A DNA stretch of 19,963 nucleotides from IMG/VR virus record IMGVR_UViG_3300025162_000035, one strand, 5' to 3'. Origin of the DNA: a virus (Duplodnaviria; Heunggongvirae; Uroviricota; Caudoviricetes). The position numbers were made by a program, and so were the translations under genes. Shown piece by piece: positions 6,507 to 13,115 of the stretch. A model generated the notes under the pieces. That model did not search any database. It was given only the letters and a program-made list of their open reading frames with translations, and had not been told where the DNA came from. The stretch's first letter is position 1. Each line of letters opens with the position of its first letter.

Positions 6507-6583
6507 AGCGTGGCGTAGCTGAAGTCCAAGAAAGAGTGTAGGTGATAGTGACAAATGTGGGTTAGACTCCCACCGCATACGCT
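6507..6583 (+). ncRNA. Degenerate tRNA-like element
   Basis: T arm GTGGG-TTAGACT-CCCAC, bulged acceptor AGCGTGGCG/CGCATACGCT, TAGCT start; no clear anticodon arm. Confidence 0.35.
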
Positions 6584-6585
6584 AT

Positions 6586-6930
6586 TTAAAGATCAAATCT
6601 TTTAGTTATCAAATTTCGATTATAATTTTCAATTGCTTTTTTTGCTGCACGAATATCGGGCCCACGATAAAGGACTTTAAGTGGATTATCAGTGACTTCG
6701 GTATAAACTCCTGTTGGGAGTCGATACATTTTCCATTTTCTTTTTGTAGCTTTTGTATTTAGATCAAAAACATCAGCAGAAGTTATTATCCCGTAACCAT
6801 TATCATAGGTTTTTGTTATTTTTACAATTAGTAGATCACCATCATCACAAAGTAAAGAGAAATAATCGCCTTCAGCAAAAGATGCTATTTTGGATATATC
6901 TGACATATAATTTTCAAACTTTTTGATCAT
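6586..6930 (-). CDS. Hypothetical protein, MIKKFE.../...KRFDL family
   Basis: 114 aa, family termini. Confidence 0.8.
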   Translation of the reverse strand: MIKKFENYMSDISKIASFAEGDYFSLLCDDGDLLIVKITKTYDNGYGIITSADVFDLNTKATKRKWKMYRLPTGVYTEVTDNPLKVLYRGPDIRAAKKAIENYNRNLITKRFDL

Positions 6931-6952
6931 ATTCTATATATAAAAAAGAAAT

Positions 6953-7022
6953 TGAGAAAATGCCAACAGGAACGTAACCAACAACGGGCTTGAACCGTGA
7001 AACATCAACTGGCATTTTCTCA
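6953..7022 (+). ncRNA. Divergent member of the ACAGCAA anticodon-stem-loop ncRNA family
   Basis: 13-bp outer stem TGAGAAAATGCCA/TGGCATTTTCTCA, ACAGGAA motif, inner hairpin ACGG-GCTTGAA-CCGT. Confidence 0.5.
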
Positions 7023-7029
7023 CCTATAA

Positions 7030-7141
7030 GGGATTATAGTTTAATGCACCTATAACGGGATTCCAAAAAAGATGAAAGGGGTGTAGGTAGAATTCTGGGG
7101 CGCATAACCCAGCGATATGGGTTCGAGTCCCATTGCTCCCG
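7030..7141 (+). tRNA. Atypical CAU-containing (initiator-like) tRNA with enlarged D loop
   Basis: Acceptor GGGATTA/TGCTCCC (6/7), CTGGG-GCGCATAA-CCCAG, T arm ATGGG-TTCGAGT-CCCAT, ~47-nt D-loop region. Confidence 0.55.
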
Positions 7142-7147
7142 CAAATG

Positions 7148-7175
7148 AAAAAGCCAATCTTTCGATTGGCTTTTT
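7148..7175. terminator. Bidirectional intrinsic terminator
   Basis: AAAAAGCCAATC-TTTC-GATTGGCTTTTT between convergent units. Confidence 0.85.
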
Positions 7176-7186
7176 CTAAAATTTAG

Positions 7187-7933
7187 TTAGTTTTGTAATA
7201 CCCAGAAGTCATAAGCAAGACCTTTGGTGAAGTAAGTGTATGGTAAATAAAAATATCCATGATCACCCCAGCTTGCGCCCCAAGAATTTCGGCACACAAA
7301 CCATTTCTTATCATCATTATAACCGATTATAAGGACAGCATGACCACCTAAAAGTTGTTCACTTTTTTTTGGTAGTGGAACTTTGCCAGTTTTTGCTACT
7401 GCGGCTGATTCAAATGATTCATAAACATCCATCCCAGTTAAAACTGGTTTTTGTTGAAGAACCAAAACTTGTTTAATTTGATCCTGAGTTGCTACTGAAA
7501 TATATGATTTTATTTTATATTTCAAAGCATTTGTAACGGCAGCGTTTGTTGGGGTAACAGCAAATTTTGTGATATCATATGGGAAATAAGACTCTTCACA
7601 GATACCATAAGTTTGCATTGCTTTACCAATGTCCCTCATTTGTGCTCCACCGTCTTGAGAAATGTCACCTTCAATCTTTCTTTCTTCGAAATATTGAAAA
7701 AGACGAGAAAGATTAACTGTTAATTTATTTAGCATCACTCGTGCAGCAACACCAGCGTTAGCAGTGCAGCTACCCAATTGTCCTTGGTCATATACAAGTG
7801 GGCATTGTGCAATTAGAGTGAATATTTTGGGTATTGTAATTTTAACTGAAGGGTGTATATCTAACACGGATTTTAATTGAAGGTCCCTTTCATCTGGGGT
7901 TTGCTTCTTTAAATTATATATGTGGTTTGCCAT
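7187..7933 (-). CDS. Papain-like cysteine peptidase (C1 family)
   Basis: DQGQLGSCTANA (Gln, Cys), GGHAVLIIGY (His), RNSWG (Asn); start reassigned to MANH at 7933. Confidence 0.92.
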   Translation of the reverse strand: MANHIYNLKKQTPDERDLQLKSVLDIHPSVKITIPKIFTLIAQCPLVYDQGQLGSCTANAGVAARVMLNKLTVNLSRLFQYFEERKIEGDISQDGGAQMRDIGKAMQTYGICEESYFPYDITKFAVTPTNAAVTNALKYKIKSYISVATQDQIKQVLVLQQKPVLTGMDVYESFESAAVAKTGKVPLPKKSEQLLGGHAVLIIGYNDDKKWFVCRNSWGASWGDHGYFYLPYTYFTKGLAYDFWVLQN

Positions 7934-7962
7934 AGTTTTTTTTTTTATTGTATATATTAATT

Positions 7963-7970
7963 TACCTTTG
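7963..7970 (+). promoter_or_regulatory. Bacteroidota-type -7 promoter element TAnnTTTG
   Basis: TACCTTTG ending 17 nt upstream of ATG 7987. Confidence 0.45.
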
Positions 7971-7986
7971 TACAAAATGTGAATTT

Positions 7987-8373
7987 ATGAGCCCAGATGC
8001 ATATATGAAATATCAAATTGAACAGCTTCATAAGCTGTTTCGTGAGATTGGTATTGATCAGTATACTCACGGTATGCCACCAATGGGGGAAGAGGATATG
8101 GGTCCTCACTACAATTCATATGTATTTAAGGCACCTCTTGCTGAAAATAGAAAAGTAAATGGTAAAATGTGCTATCTTCGAGGAGATTTTAGAATTCATC
8201 TTAACAGTGATACAAATTATATCACTGGTGTATATTTCTGTCATGTTTGGTTTCCTAATGGTCGAACCGATGAAATTAGGTCTAAAGATATTATGGGTGT
8301 AAAAAAGTTCATTGAAAAATATGAGCACGTATTCAATCCAAAGATTAAAATTCAAAAACGTTTTGATTTATAA
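7987..8373 (+). CDS. Hypothetical protein ending KRFDL
   Basis: Start reassigned to ATG 7987; family C-terminus. Confidence 0.75.
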   Translation: MSPDAYMKYQIEQLHKLFREIGIDQYTHGMPPMGEEDMGPHYNSYVFKAPLAENRKVNGKMCYLRGDFRIHLNSDTNYITGVYFCHVWFPNGRTDEIRSKDIMGVKKFIEKYEHVFNPKIKIQKRFDL

Positions 8374-8375
8374 CG

Positions 8376-8618
8376 TTATTTTTTCTTTAGAAGTTCAATC
8401 TCTTCTTTTAAAAGATTCATAATAATAGTATCATTTTTTAATTGTAAATGATTTAGGCTATCATTGATTTTAATAGCTTTGTTGTTTTCATCTGCCATCT
8501 TATTTGTTGCTTGCATTATATTCCTATTTTCTCCAAAGTAATCAACAGCAAATAACCCACCAATAATAAGCACAACAAATAGAATAAATAATAATATATT
8601 ATCTTGAATATTTTTCAT
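8376..8618 (-). CDS. Small membrane-anchored hypothetical protein
   Basis: N-terminal hydrophobic helix ILLFILFVVLIIGGLFAV followed by coiled-coil-like region. Confidence 0.7.
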   Translation of the reverse strand: MKNIQDNILLFILFVVLIIGGLFAVDYFGENRNIMQATNKMADENNKAIKINDSLNHLQLKNDTIIMNLLKEEIELLKKK

Positions 8619-8660
8619 TCGAGGTTTTATTTGTATATAGTAATTTTTGAAAGTTCAAAT

Positions 8661-8750
8661 GTACAGTTAGTCAAGAGGTCGAAGACATCAGACTGTTAAT
8701 CTGACGCAGCGAAAGCTCCACCATAGGTTCAAATCCTATACTGTACGCCA
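8661..8750 (+). tRNA. tRNA with Asn(GUU) anticodon and long variable arm
   Basis: Acceptor GTACAGT/ACTGTAC, G73-CCA, TCAGA-CTGTTAA-TCTGA, variable hairpin AGC-GAAA-GCT. Confidence 0.88.
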
Positions 8751-8756
8751 TTAAAT

Positions 8757-8841
8757 GCACCGTTATCCGAGTGGTCGAAGGAATCAGGTTGTTACCCTGC
8801 CGAGCTACGGCTCCACGTGAGTTCGAATCTTACACGGTGCG
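8757..8841 (+). tRNA. tRNA with Asn(GUU) anticodon and long variable arm
   Basis: Acceptor GCACCGT/ACGGTGC, CAGG-TTGTTAC-CCTG, variable hairpin GAGC-TACG-GCTC. Confidence 0.85.
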
Positions 8842-8842
8842 C

Positions 8843-8911
8843 ATAAGTGTTTTTCACGAAAAGTGGTTAATTTTAACCACTTTTCACGAGAAATAAGCAT
8901 TTTTCACAAAA
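8843..8911. repeat. 13-bp perfect hairpin with three TTTTCAC direct repeats
   Basis: GAAAAGTGGTTAA-TT-TTAACCACTTTTC (8858-8885); TTTTCAC at 8851, 8881, 8901. Confidence 0.6.
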
Positions 8912-8913
8912 TT

Positions 8914-8981
8914 AGGATTGAAGGATACACACAGCAACTAAAAAAACTTGACTGTCAATCAAACAACACGTATCCTGTTCT
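8914..8981 (+). ncRNA. ACAGCAA-family ncRNA copy 1, Asp(GUC) anticodon loop
   Basis: AGGATAC/GTATCCT stem, ACAGCAA, TTGA-CTGTCAA-TCAA. Confidence 0.75.
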
Positions 8982-8990
8982 TAAAAAATT

Positions 8991-9060
8991 GAGGATAAAG
9001 AATACCTACAGCAATTAAAAAACTTGTCTGCAAAACAAACCAATGCGTATTCTGTTTCTC
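8991..9060 (+). ncRNA. ACAGCAA-family ncRNA copy 2, Cys(GCA) anticodon loop
   Basis: AGAATAC/GTATTCT stem, ACAGCAA, TTGT-CTGCAAA-ACAA. Confidence 0.75.
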
Positions 9061-9085
9061 TTTTTTTATTTTAATATATATGTTC

Positions 9086-9649
9086 ATGAAGTATATTAAA
9101 ATGTTTGAAGAAATGAAATCGTGGGATATTGCTAAGTATTTCGAAGAGTTGAGAGATGCGATGACTGCTGGCAAATTGGATAAAGTAAATAGTATTATTT
9201 TTGAAGCCCCTGACGTTGTTTTTTGGCAAGATAATGATAATAGTGCTGGATGGACAGCTCTTATGTGGGGGGTGGCTGACCACACTGACACAAAAGTTGA
9301 CATAATCAAAGTCTTAATTAATGCTGGGTCTAATGTTAATGCTACTGATAATTTTGGATGCACTGCTTTAATTCATGCCGCAACTATTGATTTAGATAGA
9401 TCAACTGATAAACATCAAGCCTTAGGACAAACTAAAGAAATTCTTAAATTGTTATTAGATTCTGGTGCTAATCCATATATTAAAGATTTTGAACCAGATG
9501 AGGATGAAAAATATTATGTAAATTATACAGGCGGAGAGGATTGGTATGATCATGCGACTCCAGATATTAAACAATGGATTGAAGAAAATTGCCCAGAGTT
9601 TTGGGCAAAGAAGAGACGTGAATTGGCTCAGAAAAGGTTTGATTTATAA
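9086..9649 (+). CDS. Ankyrin-repeat protein with MKYIKMFEE/KRFDL termini
   Basis: GWTALMWG...IIKVLINAGSNVNATDNFGCTALIHAA...ILKLLLDSGANPYIKD. Confidence 0.9.
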   Translation: MKYIKMFEEMKSWDIAKYFEELRDAMTAGKLDKVNSIIFEAPDVVFWQDNDNSAGWTALMWGVADHTDTKVDIIKVLINAGSNVNATDNFGCTALIHAATIDLDRSTDKHQALGQTKEILKLLLDSGANPYIKDFEPDEDEKYYVNYTGGEDWYDHATPDIKQWIEENCPEFWAKKRRELAQKRFDL

Positions 9650-9668
9650 TCGTAAAAATTATTTATAT

Positions 9669-9753
9669 GTTGCATTATGCAAGCGGTTAAAGCAGTAAGG
9701 CTCTCAACCTTACCCCTTTACAGGGTTCGTGGGTTCAAATCCCACATGCAATA
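9669..9753 (+). tRNA. tRNA with Glu(CUC) anticodon and long variable arm
   Basis: Acceptor GTTGCAT/ATGCAAT, TAAGG-CTCTCAA-CCTTA, variable hairpin CCCT-TTAC-AGGG. Confidence 0.87.
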
Positions 9754-9754
9754 C

Positions 9755-9827
9755 TGAGATTAAAGAAAACTTACAGCAATTCACAAAAATTTGACTCTTA
9801 ATCAAACCAATCAGTTTTCTGTTCTCA
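9755..9827 (+). ncRNA. ACAGCAA-family ncRNA copy 3, Lys(CUU) anticodon loop
   Basis: AGAAAAC/GTTTTCT stem, ACAGCAA, TTGA-CTCTTAA-TCAA. Confidence 0.75.
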
Positions 9828-9830
9828 AAT

Positions 9831-9904
9831 GCTCCCATCGTCTAATGGTTAGGACATCAGGTTTTCATCCTGAAGATTTGCGGGTTCGAGCCCCGCTGGG
9901 AGTA
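9831..9904 (+). tRNA. trnE: tRNA-Glu(UUC)
   Basis: Acceptor GCTCCCA/TGGGAGT, TCAGG-TTTTCAT-CCTGA, T arm GCGGG-TTCGAGC-CCCGC. Confidence 0.93.
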
Positions 9905-9985
9905 CTTAGATAAAAACCATTATTGAACTTTTATTCTGATAAATGGAAAAAAGGAAGAAATATGAAATTCAGAACATATTTATAA

Positions 9986-10408
9986 CTACAAATCAAATCG
10001 TTGTTGGGTTTTTTGTCGTTCTATTTCTGTTAGAACATTTTTTGCAAAAGCACGAAGCTCATCATAAATGAATAATACTGTAGTGTCGTCAAGGGCGTAT
10101 GCCATTTCAGAACCATCAGAATTTGTAATTCCATCAAAATATACTACCCAAAGCAGACTTCGATCTTTATCCTTATTAAAAAATGCTTTATTGTTTTTTT
10201 CTAAATCTATTTTTGAAACAATACCATGTTGCTCAATACTATCTGATCGTCTCAAATGAATTTCTTTATTCAGAAGTAATGATCGTAGAAATTTTTCTTC
10301 TTTATATGAATCCCAATCTTTTTTTGATGTTATATAATCAAACACATCACAAATATTTACGGTGTATTTATGTTTTTTATATTCTTCAAATAGTTTAATA
10401 TGTATCAT
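9986..10408 (-). CDS. Tandem-array paralog (MIHIKLFE/QRFDL)
   Basis: Family termini and core motifs. Confidence 0.88.
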   Translation of the reverse strand: MIHIKLFEEYKKHKYTVNICDVFDYITSKKDWDSYKEEKFLRSLLLNKEIHLRRSDSIEQHGIVSKIDLEKNNKAFFNKDKDRSLLWVVYFDGITNSDGSEMAYALDDTTVLFIYDELRAFAKNVLTEIERQKTQQRFDL

Positions 10409-10791
10409 AGATCAAATCTATTTTCTGTTTTACGTTTTCTTATTTCGTTGAACACTTTCTTTGCTTCTTCAGAAATTTCATCATAAACACCAATTTTAGT
10501 GGTTAGCCCTATAACTGCGGATGTTGTTTTTGTACCAAAGTAAAAATAATAAACGTCAATTTGTGGATGTTTAATGTTGGTAAGAATTTTTTCTACAGAT
10601 AAATATACTCCGCTTGAAAGAAGCCTAATCTTTTTACCTATCAAATTTTTTTCTATAAAATCTTCTGACCAATATAGATGATGAAGTGGGCTCACATCAA
10701 AATATGAATCTAATTCCCCAATGGTAAATAAAAATTTTGGGGAGCCAATATCTAAATTATCTAAATCTTCAAATAATTTCAAATATCTCAT
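10405..10791 (-). CDS. Tandem-array paralog (MRYLKLFE/NRFDL)
   Basis: Family termini; ATGA overlap. Confidence 0.88.
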   Translation of the reverse strand: MRYLKLFEDLDNLDIGSPKFLFTIGELDSYFDVSPLHHLYWSEDFIEKNLIGKKIRLLSSGVYLSVEKILTNIKHPQIDVYYFYFGTKTTSAVIGLTTKIGVYDEISEEAKKVFNEIRKRKTENRFDL

Positions 10792-11198
10792 AGATCAAAT
10801 CTTTTTTGAATGTTAATGTTGGCAATTATCTTTCTTAAATCGTTTGGAATTTCGTCATAAATATCTATTGTATTTTCTCTATTCGGATAGACCCACGAAT
10901 CATCTTCCATTAGAAAGTAGTATGCGAATTTATCATTTTGAATCCTAACATCAATATTAATTACATCTTTAGGTTTAAGGGTGATATTGTTCACCAATAT
11001 AGTTTTATGAAGTAGAGTTTTTCTTAAGAATATTGTTATAAGATCAATAGCATCCCATTCCATATCTGGCACTATTTCATTCCATTCTGGTGATACGACA
11101 CCACGCTTATATTTGGTTGATGTAAAAAATGATTCTATATCTCCAATATTAATTGAATATTTTGGTGTAGTGTCTTCAAATAACTTCAAATATTTCAT
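10788..11198 (-). CDS. Tandem-array paralog (MKYLKLFE/KRFDL)
   Basis: Family termini; ATGA overlap. Confidence 0.88.
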   Translation of the reverse strand: MKYLKLFEDTTPKYSINIGDIESFFTSTKYKRGVVSPEWNEIVPDMEWDAIDLITIFLRKTLLHKTILVNNITLKPKDVINIDVRIQNDKFAYYFLMEDDSWVYPNRENTIDIYDEIPNDLRKIIANINIQKRFDL

Positions 11199-11635
11199 AG
11201 ATCAAATCTTTTTCCTATAAATGTTGCTGATAAGTTTTTCATATATGGCTGGTTATATAGTTTATCAAAACTCCCAATGACTTTAAATCTATCGATTTCT
11301 GTTAATGATTTTTTCACTAATTCTTTCTCCTGAATTGGTATTAAATAAGAAACATCATCATTTGCAAAAGTTCTTTTTAAATATTTTTCTAACTCATTTC
11401 TATTTTCTACAGATAAAGATTTTTTTGATATTCTATATGTTTCTAAAAAAATTCCGTCTAAATTTATTATGAGTGCTTGCTGGTGTGACCAATTTTTCAT
11501 ACTTGTATAATAAGTAAACCTGATATTATCGAGATTAAGTAACCAATAATTTATTTCTATGGTTTTTTGTAATTCATAGAATATTTTTTTCAAAGGTTCC
11601 ATATCATAGCTTTCAAATAATTTCAAATATTTCAT
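11195..11635 (-). CDS. Array gene with family termini but divergent core
   Basis: MKYLKLFE/KRFDL; lacks the clear IYDEIP motif of its neighbours. Confidence 0.85.
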   Translation of the reverse strand: MKYLKLFESYDMEPLKKIFYELQKTIEINYWLLNLDNIRFTYYTSMKNWSHQQALIINLDGIFLETYRISKKSLSVENRNELEKYLKRTFANDDVSYLIPIQEKELVKKSLTEIDRFKVIGSFDKLYNQPYMKNLSATFIGKRFDL

Positions 11636-12054
11636 AGGTCGAATCTTTCTTGAGTTTTTATTTTTTCAATATCTTCCAGTATTCTTTTTGATTTAACTGG
11701 AATATCATCATAAATATTAATTTTGGTTGCTTCTCCTATATCAGTTTTTAAATTAAATGATTTTCTATCATTTTTAAAATATACAGTAAATACCAGAGAA
11801 TATCCAAAGCTTTTATTTGCGGTAATATCTTTAACCGTGTATTCATATTGACTAATATTATCATTGATTATATCCACTTTTTTTCCGATGAGTGTTTTCT
11901 TTAAAAATTCCAGTGCATCAATTTTGGATTTGGTCCATATAAAATCATTTGTTTTGGTATCATCTGATATTTTATTATAAAAATATTCTCCTATATCATA
12001 AAGTTTAAATGAGTGCAGTGGCTTCACATTTTCAAACAATTTCAAATATTTCAT
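11632..12054 (-). CDS. Tandem-array paralog (MKYLKLFE/ERFDL)
   Basis: Family termini; INIYDDIP motif. Confidence 0.88.
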   Translation of the reverse strand: MKYLKLFENVKPLHSFKLYDIGEYFYNKISDDTKTNDFIWTKSKIDALEFLKKTLIGKKVDIINDNISQYEYTVKDITANKSFGYSLVFTVYFKNDRKSFNLKTDIGEATKINIYDDIPVKSKRILEDIEKIKTQERFDL

Positions 12055-12437
12055 AGATCAAATCTTTTTTGTGTATTCATCTTTTTAATTTTGAGAAGTA
12101 CTTTTTTGGATTCTTCTGGAATTTCATCATATACTTGTACAGTTCCAGTTGGATTTAAGTATGGAAATATTTTCTTATTATCTATCATATTGATGCCACA
12201 TATTTTAAATTGATAAAACTGAGCTTCTATCGCTGCTTCTTGATTAGTATAATTAATAGTTTTAACTCTAACCATAGGGGTAATAAATTTAACTTTTAGC
12301 CTGTTGCCGATCAAAGTCGTTCTTAAGAATTTTAAAATTTCATTAGCATCATTGAAATATTCAATAACATCTTCCATTTTGAATATGTATAATGGAGATA
12401 AATTTATATCGTTTTCAAACAATTTCAAATATTTCAT
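12051..12437 (-). CDS. Tandem-array paralog (MKYLKLFE/KRFDL)
   Basis: Family termini; VQVYDEIP motif. Confidence 0.88.
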   Translation of the reverse strand: MKYLKLFENDINLSPLYIFKMEDVIEYFNDANEILKFLRTTLIGNRLKVKFITPMVRVKTINYTNQEAAIEAQFYQFKICGINMIDNKKIFPYLNPTGTVQVYDEIPEESKKVLLKIKKMNTQKRFDL

Positions 12438-12450
12438 ACGTTATTATTTT

Positions 12451-12834
12451 TTAAAGGTCGAACCTACTCCCTATTTTATTGCTTTTTATTTCTTTGAATA
12501 TTTTTACAAGTTCTGGATCATCTGGGTAATCAACCGTAATTATAGATTTAGATTCGACAGCATATGGCATACCACTAATAAAGTAGAAAGTATATTCATA
12601 TGCTATCCAAGGAACGTTAAATCTGACATTTTCAACGTCTATATTGGTTAGTTTGGCTCTAATTTCTGTTTCATTTCTTTTTGAAGAATATTTAACTTCT
12701 TTATTTAGCAATAGCTTATTCAATATATATTTGGCATTACCAATATCTATATTATGTTTTTTAAAATATTCTTCCAAATCACCAAATTTGAAGATCAACT
12801 TATTAACATTTTCAAACAATTTCAAATATTTCAT
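12451..12834 (-). CDS. Tandem-array paralog (MKYLKLFE/SRFDL), first gene of the array
   Basis: Family termini; preceded by TTTTATATATA on the minus strand. Confidence 0.88.
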   Translation of the reverse strand: MKYLKLFENVNKLIFKFGDLEEYFKKHNIDIGNAKYILNKLLLNKEVKYSSKRNETEIRAKLTNIDVENVRFNVPWIAYEYTFYFISGMPYAVESKSIITVDYPDDPELVKIFKEIKSNKIGSRFDL

Positions 12835-12866
12835 ATCGATATATATAAAATATCAAAATAAAAAAT

Positions 12867-12943
12867 GCCTCACTATTGGCCCAGTTTTCGAAACTGGAGA
12901 CGCATAACGGATGAAAATGTGGGTTCGAATCCCTCGTGAGGTA
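12867..12943 (+). ncRNA. tRNA-like element with replaced D/anticodon region
   Basis: Acceptor GCCTCAC/GTGAGGT, T-loop TTCGAAT; centre is hairpin CCAGTTT-TCG-AAACTGG plus a poorly paired CGCATAAC. Confidence 0.55.
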
Positions 12944-12952
12944 CAAATAAAT

Positions 12953-13027
12953 GCGCTCGTAGCTCAATTGGATAAGAGTTTAGGTTTGCGAAATCTAAAG
13001 ATGTGAGTTCAAGTCTCACCGAGCGTA
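12953..13027 (+). tRNA. trnR: tRNA-Arg(GCG)
   Basis: Acceptor GCGCTCG/CGAGCGT, TAGGT-TTGCGAA-ATCTA, T arm GTGAG-TTCAAGT-CTCAC. Confidence 0.88.
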
Positions 13028-13084
13028 CAAATCAACTTCCAAGATTTTTTTTTCCATTTTCTTTTTTTTTATCCATTTTACTGT

Positions 13085-13092
13085 TATATTTG
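13085..13092 (+). promoter_or_regulatory. Bacteroidota-type -7 promoter element TAnnTTTG
   Basis: TATATTTG(CA) about 24 nt upstream of ATG 13116. Confidence 0.55.
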
Positions 13093-13115
13093 CAGTAAAT
13101 CTAAAAGTATAAAAT

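Larger units (their letters stand above)
10385..12065 (-). repeat. Five 35-nt stop/start junction repeats
   Basis: Minus-strand consensus AGATTYGAYCTATGARATATTTGAARTTRTTTGAA at 10385 (most divergent), 10768, 11175, 11612, 12031; spacing 383, 407, 437, 419 nt. Confidence 0.85.

Noticed and set aside
1529-9085. Longest-ORF starts at 1529, 3745, 6529, 7948, 7975 and 9080
   Set aside because: Internal ATGs match the family N-terminal motif and/or follow a promoter-like box, and some extensions overlap RNA elements or divergent genes
10385-12065. Regular 35-nt repeats as a CRISPR array for the nearby cas genes
   Set aside because: Spacing is about 400 nt, the intervals are full ORFs, and the repeats encode the protein termini
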